This document shows, one piece after another, positions 17,796 through 24,751 of a stretch of 64,000 nt of DNA (the first letter of the stretch is position 1; the number at the start of each line of letters is the position of its first letter). Under the pieces are notes generated by a model. That model had not been told where the DNA came from. It worked only from the letters and a program-made list of their open reading frames with translations, and made no database searches. A program made the translations under genes and the position numbers. This stretch comes from an uncultured Acidobacteriaceae bacterium (GTDB lineage Bacteria; Acidobacteriota; Terriglobia; Terriglobales; Acidobacteriaceae): assembly GCA_963739125.1 (NCBI GenBank), contig CAVTZD010000001.1:4657107-4721106 (forward strand). The letters run 5' to 3'.

Positions 17796-18073
17796 ATGAC
17801 CGCCGGCACCATCCCTGGTGCATTTCGCCTACAAGTCATAGCCAGCAATCGCCTTATCGAGTTAAAGCGCTGTGGATAAACTTCCCCGTAACTAGCTGAA
17901 AACAATGTAGTTAATTATCGAAGTTAAATCGATTCAACTCCCCCGCTGCGGCCGGCAAATCGCGTGCCACCCAGAAGGTCAGGCTGAAGATGAAGTCCCT
18001 GCCAGAGGCTGGCAAACTCCGGCACGAGGCATTTCTGTTCGCGGCCAGCCGGACGGAGCGGAGCCGATTGCCG

Positions 18074-19756
18074 TCAGACCTGCGAGTCTTCCACGCTGGC
18101 ATAGCACAACTCGACTACGGTGCAGTCGTCGCTGAGCGGATTGCCGGCGCAGAATTCGGTGACTGCGGAAAAAATTCCTTCCAGCGTCGGCGACTTGGCC
18201 GCCGCAGCTTCTAGCCGAAAGTCTTCGAAGAAATCTCCCATGGCATTTTCTGCTTCCGTAACGCCATCGGTCACGAGAATGAAACGATCGCCGGATTTCA
18301 TCTGGCAGCTGGCGCTCTCAAACGAGGCATCGGCCAGCAGGCCGACCGGAACGTTGCCGTGCGGCGGGCGGATGACTTCTCCACCGCAGACCAGCAGAGG
18401 CTGGACGTGGCCGCAATTGACATACTCGAGTTCGCCGCCGCGGCGCAGACGGGCCAGCAGCACGGTGGCATATTTTTCTCCGCCCATTTTTTCGGCGAAG
18501 AATCGATTCACGGCCGTGACCACGTCGAGGAGCGACGAACCGGCGCTGAGATGCGAATAGATCATCCCCTGTAGAGTGGAAGCGAGCAGCGCGGCGGAAA
18601 CTCCCTTGCCGCTGACGTCGGCCAGAACCACGGCCAGGCCTTCCTTGGTGTTGACTGCGTCGAAGAAGTCTCCGCCGATTTCTTTGCAAGACAGGTTTTT
18701 TCCGCGCAGGCGTGCGAACGGCACTTCGGGAATCTTCACCTGCATCAGCCGCTGCTGGATGCTGGCGGCGATGGTCAACTCCTGCTGGTAGCGTCGCGCT
18801 TCTTCTTCGGCCTGCACCAGGCGCGCGTTTTCGATCAAGGATGCGGCCTCAGTCGCGATCACGTGCAGAATTTTCTGGTCCACGCCGCTCATGTCGCGCG
18901 AGGCGAAGCGTGAATCGACATAAAGCACGCCCATGGCTTCGGCCGAGGCGCCATGGGGCGTGGGTGTCTGCGCGTCGCGCGTGGCCTGCACCTGCATCTT
19001 GCGCAGCGGGATGCATACCACGGTCCTCAGATCGTAGGCGACAATGCTCTGCCGCCCGGCCAGATCGACCGACTGGCTGGTATCGGTGAGCAGGAATTCG
19101 GAATTCGCCCTCATCGACTCTTCCAGAATGGAATGCGAAATGGTTTTGTCGTCGAGCAGCGGCTCTTTCTTGGCGTTGCGGCCGGCGGCCAGGCGCAGCT
19201 TGCCTTCTTCATCTTTCAGGAAGACGTATCCGCGCTCGGCGCGCGTGAGCTGCAGCGTGACGTCGAGCATGGTCATCAGGATTTCATCGAGCACGCCGGC
19301 GGTGTTGAGTTTGCGGGCGGCATCGAGAAACAACGTAAGTTTTTCGAGGTCAGTGGCTTCCGGCTTGAGACCGATGACGGAAATCTGGCTGAGAAACTCG
19401 CGCGCGGTATTTGAAGTCGCGTGCGCGGGATTGAACAGAACGTAGGCGGAATCGCGCGCGCCGAATTCGAGGCGGTCGCCGCGCTCCAGTTTCTGGCGCT
19501 GGATGCGCTCTCCGTTGACGTAGGTGCCGTGCTTGCTGCCCAGGTCGACGAGGAAAAAATCCTGTCCCTCTTGCATGATCTGGGCGTGGTCGCGCGAGAC
19601 GCGAGGGTCGGCGATAACCAGGTCTTTATCAATCTTGCGGCCGACGTTGAACGGCGTGCGGTTCAGGACAATGCTTTTCTGCTCGGCTCCCTGTACGAAG
19701 ACAAGGGCCGGAAACACACCGGAACCGGAGCTGTGGCTGATGGCGTTGAGGGCCAT
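18074..19756 (-). CDS. FHA - GAF - PP2C/SpoIIE serine/threonine phosphatase
   Basis: 560 aa. The N-terminal FHA domain is recognisable (NVGRK...VSRDHAQI...DLGSKHGTYVNG). A GAF-like middle region follows. The C-terminal SpoIIE/PP2C block reads GGDFFD...LADVSGKGVSAAL...LVTDGVTEA. Confidence 0.88.
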   Translation of the reverse strand: MALNAISHSSGSGVFPALVFVQGAEQKSIVLNRTPFNVGRKIDKDLVIADPRVSRDHAQIMQEGQDFFLVDLGSKHGTYVNGERIQRQKLERGDRLEFGARDSAYVLFNPAHATSNTAREFLSQISVIGLKPEATDLEKLTLFLDAARKLNTAGVLDEILMTMLDVTLQLTRAERGYVFLKDEEGKLRLAAGRNAKKEPLLDDKTISHSILEESMRANSEFLLTDTSQSVDLAGRQSIVAYDLRTVVCIPLRKMQVQATRDAQTPTPHGASAEAMGVLYVDSRFASRDMSGVDQKILHVIATEAASLIENARLVQAEEEARRYQQELTIAASIQQRLMQVKIPEVPFARLRGKNLSCKEIGGDFFDAVNTKEGLAVVLADVSGKGVSAALLASTLQGMIYSHLSAGSSLLDVVTAVNRFFAEKMGGEKYATVLLARLRRGGELEYVNCGHVQPLLVCGGEVIRPPHGNVPVGLLADASFESASCQMKSGDRFILVTDGVTEAENAMGDFFEDFRLEAAAAKSPTLEGIFSAVTEFCAGNPLSDDCTVVELCYASVEDSQV

Positions 19757-19884
19757 GAATAAGAAGTCGGCGCGCTAGGGCGGCGCGGAAAAACCGTGCG
19801 CCGTGCTGGACCAGACTACTCTGCCGCCGCCGGGTCCGGCAAGACGAGCGTATGGCTCATGTTGATCCACGGCAGGAAACCCGG

Positions 19885-19962
19885 AACCACGAAGGACACG
19901 AAGTTACACGAAGGAAATCTTTGTAAGGTACGCCCTTCGTGATCCTTTGTGTCCTTCGTGGT
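19885..19962. repeat. Palindromic element, family C
   Basis: It runs from AACCACGAAGGACACGAAG to TGTGTCCTTCGTGGT. It lies in the spacer between the FHA-PP2C start and the GT87-like stop. Confidence 0.8.
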
Positions 19963-19973
19963 GGATGGTTTTT

Positions 19974-21347
19974 TTAGCTCTCGGCCGCGACGGCGTTGGT
20001 GAGCCACATGTCCAGCAAGGCCAGGCCGAAGATGAATATCGGGAACATGAAGTTGGAGTAAAACGGCAGGGGCCAGAGGCGATGGCGCAGCTCCGGCGTC
20101 AGCCAGAATGAAACTGCGCTAAGGCCGATGGTGGCGGCCCAAGGCCAGAAGAGCAATACTCCGCCGATCTTGCGCGCCAGACGCACTGCGGGGAGGGTTG
20201 TGGCAGCGGGAAGGTGCTCGGGATTTCCCGTGGTCTTTTGTTTTGAGCCGCTTGTAGAGCGTCGAGCGGAAATCTCGGCCCATGCGATCGCCAGAATAGC
20301 TGGCATCAGCAGGACCTGGTTGTAAGGCGCGAACATGGGAACGACCAGCACCGTCAGGGCAAGGATGAGGGCCAAGGCTTGTCCGAATCTGGCGCTGGTG
20401 GGCGATTCGCGGCGTACGCGCCAGACATATCCGGCGCAGGCGGCCACGCTCAAGACCTCGAGAGTCCTTCCCGCGATGGCGCCGAAGCTCCACACCATCA
20501 CCGACTGATTCTGGGTGTAGCGGTGGTATTGCCCGATGGCGGCGACGAACATGCGCAACCAGCCGGGCAGAAGCAATTCCGCCCCGCCGAGCAGCAAAAG
20601 CATGACCAGGCCAAAACCAAACACAAAGCGGCGGCGCGCGCGCCAATCGCTTGCCGCCCACATCAGAAGCCAGAGCACGAGCGGCCACGCCAGTTGCGGC
20701 TTGATGGTCGCGAGCGCCAGCAATCCTCCGGCGAGGAAGAGCCATCCGCCGGCGAGGCAGGCGCCGCAGGCCGCGAGCAGCGCAGCCACGAGCAGCGTCA
20801 ACTGCTGCAGCTTGATGCCCTGCACCATGGGCAGCCATCCGACGGAGAGCACGGAGAAGATGAGAGCGGTTCCGCACGAAACTTTCCAGCGCAGAACGCG
20901 CAGCCAGAGAAAAATACTGACGGCGGCCAGAGCGATCAGCAGCCAGCGAAAGCCGGTTTCGACTTCGGCGAAGGGAAGACGCACCGTTGGCGCGAGCAGA
21001 AACACGACGTAGACGGGATAGGCGAAGCCCTGCTCGTCTTTGGGCTCGCCGGACTGGGGTTCGCCGGACTTGGGATCATTGGCGCGGGCGGGGTCGAGCG
21101 GGCGGCCGTAGTATCCCTGCTGAATTTCGCGCGTGATGTCGGCGCCATAGGGATTGCGGCGGTGCAGCAGCAGTTCGCGAGCGCCCAGCCAGCGTGGATA
21201 AAGATCCGAGAGATTGCCGCGCGGGCGGTGATGCGCCGCGGCATCGGCGATTTGATCGGCGCGCAGAATGCGGTTCACGTAGAACCATGTGCTGGCCGAG
21301 GCGATGAGGGCGAGCAGAAAGGCGACGGTGAAAGTTGGGCGGGTCAA
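19974..21347 (-). CDS. Polytopic membrane protein, DUF2029 / glycosyltransferase family 87-like
   Basis: 457 aa with more than 9 hydrophobic helices. It has an N-terminal DLYPRW...NPY...FAYPVY pattern and an ATIKPQLAWPLVLW segment, both typical of DUF2029/GT87. Confidence 0.75.
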   Translation of the reverse strand: MTRPTFTVAFLLALIASASTWFYVNRILRADQIADAAAHHRPRGNLSDLYPRWLGARELLLHRRNPYGADITREIQQGYYGRPLDPARANDPKSGEPQSGEPKDEQGFAYPVYVVFLLAPTVRLPFAEVETGFRWLLIALAAVSIFLWLRVLRWKVSCGTALIFSVLSVGWLPMVQGIKLQQLTLLVAALLAACGACLAGGWLFLAGGLLALATIKPQLAWPLVLWLLMWAASDWRARRRFVFGFGLVMLLLLGGAELLLPGWLRMFVAAIGQYHRYTQNQSVMVWSFGAIAGRTLEVLSVAACAGYVWRVRRESPTSARFGQALALILALTVLVVPMFAPYNQVLLMPAILAIAWAEISARRSTSGSKQKTTGNPEHLPAATTLPAVRLARKIGGVLLFWPWAATIGLSAVSFWLTPELRHRLWPLPFYSNFMFPIFIFGLALLDMWLTNAVAAES

Positions 21348-21435
21348 GTTTTTGTTTCCGCTTAAGAGCGACGAGTTCGACGGTTTCGCTCACGCGTGCG
21401 AAAAAGAGTCGCACGGCGGCAAGAAGCATACCTCA

Positions 21436-21509
21436 GGCGCTGAAGCGCCGCTCTTCCACGTCACTGCAGGCGTTTGCGAGTTTTTCTGCCACCTCTGGAG
21501 GTCGTGGCC
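21436..21509 (+). repeat. REP-like element, family B core plus 3' extension
   Basis: The core GGCGCTGAAGCGCCGCTCTTCCACG is followed by an extension of about 50 nt. The extension is shared with the copy at 24046-24122. Confidence 0.75.
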
Positions 21510-21578
21510 TGCTTCGATAAATCGGCTCATGTTACAACTGAACGTCTTATAACTGAATTTCTTATAACTGAAGCTCGC

Positions 21579-22481
21579 ATGCGATGGCGGATTGCAATCT
21601 CGACGGCGATCGGCATAGCCAGCGGCGTGTTCTGCTGGTTCCTGATGAAGCATTTCCATCAGGACGCAGCCGATTTTCGCTGGGCGCTGCATCTCGGGAA
21701 TCGACTGCTGGCGCGGGCGAATCCTTACGATACTCCGCTGGAGCAGTATCCGCTGCCGGCGGCGATCTTTGCGCTGCCGCTACTGCGTCTGCCTCCGGAA
21801 GTGGCCGCCGGAGCCTTCTGGGGAATCAGTTCGTCTCTGCTCGCCTTCGGCCTCACGCGACGCGGTTACAGCAGGCTGCTGATTTTTTTCGCCTATCCGT
21901 ATTGGGCGGGAATATTGGCGGCGCAGTGGTCGCCGCTGATTGCGGCCAGCGCGTTTTTTCCTTTCTTGCTGCCCGCGACCATGGCCAAGCCGCAGGTTGG
22001 GCTGCCGGTCTTTCTCACTCGGCTTACGCGGCGCGGGGTGCTGGCATGCGCCGCGCTGGCGCTGCTCAGCGTGGCGGTGATGCCGAACTGGCCGCTGGTG
22101 TGGCTGCGACAAGGCAGGAACTATGAGCACTTCATTCCACTGCTGGTTCTTCCCGGGCCTTTACTGGCGCTGGCGCTCGTGCGCTTCCGCGACCGCGACG
22201 CATTGTTTCTTTTTCTCTCTGCGCTGATGCCGCAGCGCTGGTTTTTCGACAGCTTCACGCTGTGGCTGATTCCGCGGTCGAGGCGTGAAATTATCTGGAC
22301 GGTCTTTTTCAGCTGGGGCGCGGGCATGTGGCGCTGGTTTCACATTCCGCATTCTTTTGCGGAGGTTGGGCGCTGGACGGTGATCTTTCTTTACTTGCCC
22401 ATGCTGGCGGTGATCTTGCTGCGCAAGAGCGCAGCACCGGGGCTAAAGCCCGCGATCGATCTGGGGCTTACGCGGCGCTGA
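21579..22481 (+). CDS. Polytopic membrane protein, short DUF2029-like paralog
   Basis: About 300 aa from ATG 21579. It shows a DFRWALHLG...NPYDTPLEQYPLPAAIFALPLLRLP pattern and an ATMAKPQVGLPVFL segment that parallel the two flanking GT87-like genes. The last ~14 codons and the stop lie inside a repeat element. Confidence 0.65.
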   Translation: MRWRIAISTAIGIASGVFCWFLMKHFHQDAADFRWALHLGNRLLARANPYDTPLEQYPLPAAIFALPLLRLPPEVAAGAFWGISSSLLAFGLTRRGYSRLLIFFAYPYWAGILAAQWSPLIAASAFFPFLLPATMAKPQVGLPVFLTRLTRRGVLACAALALLSVAVMPNWPLVWLRQGRNYEHFIPLLVLPGPLLALALVRFRDRDALFLFLSALMPQRWFFDSFTLWLIPRSRREIIWTVFFSWGAGMWRWFHIPHSFAEVGRWTVIFLYLPMLAVILLRKSAAPGLKPAIDLGLTRR

Positions 22482-22498
22482 AGCGCCGCTCTTCCACG
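22439..22498 (+). repeat. Composite REP: GGGGCTAAAGCCC hairpin plus family B core
   Basis: The sequence is GGGGCTAAAGCCCGCGATCGATCTGGGGCTTACGCGGCGCTGAAGCGCCGCTCTTCCACG. It overlaps the last codons and the TGA stop of the ORF ending at 22481. Confidence 0.75.
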
Positions 22499-22581
22499 GT
22501 ATTACCCACGCACGGCGCGAACACACGCATAGTGCTGCACACCTACGGCAGTACTTGCGCACAGTATGCGGGCCCGCGGGG

Positions 22582-23982
22582 CTAGGCACGCGTTTCCGTT
22601 TTCGTTCGCCGCTTCGAGGCTTCCTGCGCCATGACGTATATCCACCAGAGCAGGGGGATGACCATCAGATTCAGTTTCTCCCAGCGCAGCCAGAGAAAGA
22701 TCCAGAGCGGGCTGATGAATAGCGGAGCAACCGGGAGCAGAAGTGACCGCAGTTCCCGTGGGTTCGGGTGCGAGTCATGCCATTGCAGCGCGCAATCGTC
22801 GGCGAAGAGCGCCAGCGGCAGGACGAGAAGGCAGAGATCGTGCGCGTTGGTGTTGTAGGCGACCAGAAGCGAGGTGATCACGGCACAGGCGAAGCTGAGA
22901 CGGAAAACTCGCGCGTCGTCATTCTTGTTCGCGAGATTGGCGCTAGGGGGACTCGCCGGGCGATTTCCTGTTCGCGTCACGGCGACCAGGAGCGCTACGG
23001 AAGCTAGCAGCGCGAGCAGACGGGCTACCTGGAGAGGTCCCAGGTCTCGCAAAAACGGCGAGACCTGGGGCACCCTGAGGCGTGGCACCCACGACCGTGG
23101 CACCCACGGATGGGGCACCCACAGACGGCTCAGGTGCTGGAGAGCGGGCCAGCCGGTTGCTAAGCCTATCAGGTTTGGCATCAGGCCGAGTGGGGTTTGG
23201 CCGTGGCCGGGAATCGACACTACGCGCCAGGCGTAGGCGGGATACTGTCGCGCTCCTTGCCAGATCGCACCCGGCCAGCCGACCAGAGCGAGCGAAAGCA
23301 GCGTGACTGCGGTAGCGGTTGCGGCAAATCCGGCGGCGAGTTTCCGGCCTCGCCAGATCACGAGGATCAGAACCAGCGGCAGGGCAAAATGAAATTTAAA
23401 CAGAGCCAGCCCTAACCAACCGCCGGCGACAAGATCGGAACCGCGATCGAGAGCGCGAAAGGCGACAACGAAGACGAGGAGCAGCAAAATCGCGTCCTGC
23501 CCCTGCAGGAAATTGACGAAGACGGGAAAGAAGGCCAGCAGGGCCAGAACCCACTCCCAGAGCGGGATGTGGCGCAGGGAGATCAACCTCCCGCGCAGCA
23601 GGGCCGCGATGGCAACCAGTATGCCGAGGTTCAGAAGATTCCAGACCATAAACGCCTGGCCATACGGCAGCAGAGTCAGGGGCACGAAAATCAGGGCTTC
23701 GAACGGCGGATGAATGTAGGGCAAGGGTCCGCGGCGAATATCGGAGTTGGTAGTGAATTCGCGTTGGACGGATTCCTGGACGGCGGCGCTGTAGAGGGAA
23801 GATCCGCGGCCCTGGCGCAGGATTTTCGCCGCCGTGTAGTAGACGGTGAAGTCGGGATCTCCTTTGTCGATGCGGCCACGGACGCTCCAGAGGAAAAACA
23901 GATGCGTGCCGGCCATGGCCAGCAGGGATAGACGAAAGATCGTTCTGTAGAAGGTTTGCGAGGACCCTGGACGCCAGCTCAT
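22582..23982 (-). CDS. Polytopic membrane protein, DUF2029 / glycosyltransferase family 87-like
   Basis: 466 aa. The DPDFTVYYTAAKIL...LYS...LPYIHPPFEALIFVPLTLLPY pattern is typical of DUF2029. It contains an in-frame copy of repeat family E at 23043-23122. Confidence 0.75.
   Translation of the reverse strand: MSWRPGSSQTFYRTIFRLSLLAMAGTHLFFLWSVRGRIDKGDPDFTVYYTAAKILRQGRGSSLYSAAVQESVQREFTTNSDIRRGPLPYIHPPFEALIFVPLTLLPYGQAFMVWNLLNLGILVAIAALLRGRLISLRHIPLWEWVLALLAFFPVFVNFLQGQDAILLLLVFVVAFRALDRGSDLVAGGWLGLALFKFHFALPLVLILVIWRGRKLAAGFAATATAVTLLSLALVGWPGAIWQGARQYPAYAWRVVSIPGHGQTPLGLMPNLIGLATGWPALQHLSRLWVPHPWVPRSWVPRLRVPQVSPFLRDLGPLQVARLLALLASVALLVAVTRTGNRPASPPSANLANKNDDARVFRLSFACAVITSLLVAYNTNAHDLCLLVLPLALFADDCALQWHDSHPNPRELRSLLLPVAPLFISPLWIFLWLRWEKLNLMVIPLLWWIYVMAQEASKRRTKTETRA
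23043..23122 (+). repeat. REP-like element, family E, located inside a CDS
   Basis: The hairpin GGTCTCGCAAAAACGGCGAGACC is followed by GGGGCACCC, GTGGCACCCAC x2 and TGGGGCACCCAC. The minus-strand gene reads it as WVPHPWVPRSWVPRLRVPQVSPFLRD. Confidence 0.75.
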
Positions 23983-24013
23983 GTTGAACCAAAGAAAAAG
24001 ACTGCCGGCGTAC

Positions 24014-24122
24014 GGGGGCTGAAGCCCCCATTCGATTGGCAGGATTTACGCGGCGCTGAAGCGCCGCTCTTCCACGTCAGTGCGGGCATTTGTGAGTTTT
24101 TCCGCAGCCTCTAAGTCGTGCC
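24014..24122 (+). repeat. Composite REP: GGGGGCTGAAGCCCCC hairpin plus family B core plus 3' extension
   Basis: The architecture matches 40635-40697 (first two modules) and 21436-21509 (core plus extension). Confidence 0.75.
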
Positions 24123-24503
24123 CTTCCCGAACCATTGTGGCGGCGTCGGCCGACGCCGCACCGCTCGCCATACCATTCCGGACGGTCGACCGACGTCGTC
24201 CCTTGCCGGGACCATTTCATCGAGATGGCTGGGCCATCGCGATTGGCCCGGTTACTTCGGGTGTCCCCGAGGATGCAAGAATTTACCACTTTTCTTCTTT
24301 GTGCGGGGTATGATTAGCGGCAGAGTGCGCGGTGTCTTAAAACCGACTCAGCGAAACAGGTCGAAACCCGGGACAGGCTCCGGGGAACGAGCTGTCCCCC
24401 CTTGCTGAGGCGTTGAAAAGACGATCTTAGTAATTGAGCTACGCGATTCAGCTGGGTGATTTTGCTTCGCGATTTCGCAGGGGGGAAAATCTGGAGAATA
24501 TTT

Positions 24504-24665
24504 ATGGAGCTTGTGAGCAGACTTTGGCATGAACAAGCGGGACAAGACATCGCCGAATATGCGGTGATGCTGGCGGTGATCCTTGTTATTGTGGTTGGAA
24601 CCATTCAGTTGATCGGGTCCAGCGCAAACACGGTGTTCTCGTCAGTGTCCAGCACCCTTCAGTAG
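24504..24665 (+). CDS. flp: Flp-family type IVb pilin
   Basis: 53 aa from ATG 24504: MELVSRLWHEQAGQDIAEYAVMLAVILVIVVG... It carries the Flp processing motif G-x4-EY followed by a hydrophobic helix. It sits immediately upstream of cpaB. Confidence 0.9.
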   Translation: MELVSRLWHEQAGQDIAEYAVMLAVILVIVVGTIQLIGSSANTVFSSVSSTLQ

Positions 24666-24751
24666 CCGCCAAACCCAATGCGCAAGCAGCAACGTCCTCT
24701 GGTATTTTGGCAGGGGAGAAGTAGCAGCAGTTTCTGTTTCCAAGGAACAGC

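Noticed and set aside
17871-17879. Replication origin inferred from the perfect DnaA box.
   Set aside because: It is a single box with no cluster of additional boxes. No dnaA or dnaN gene is nearby, and no clear AT-rich 13-mer array is present. One perfect 9-mer is plausible by chance in 64 kb on two strands.
17971-18003. SRP-RNA-like string CCAGAAGGTCAGGCTGAAGATGAAGTCCCTGCC.
   Set aside because: It does not fold into the helix-8 motif. There is no GGAA tetraloop closed by a stem, and no symmetric or asymmetric loop pattern.
24351-24420. Possible c-di-GMP-I (GEMM) riboswitch upstream of flp (GCGAAAC..GAAA..GGGAC..GGCTCCGGGG).
   Set aside because: The resemblance is superficial. The GNRA hairpin cannot be closed by more than 2 bp, and the conserved ACGCAAAGCC segment and the second hairpin with its receptor are missing. 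An Infernal scan with RF01051 would settle it.
24453-24466. Sigma-54-like TGG...TTGC upstream of flp.
   Set aside because: The GG-to-GC spacing is 10 nt, not the required 12, and the -24 element is TGGGTG, not TGGCAC.
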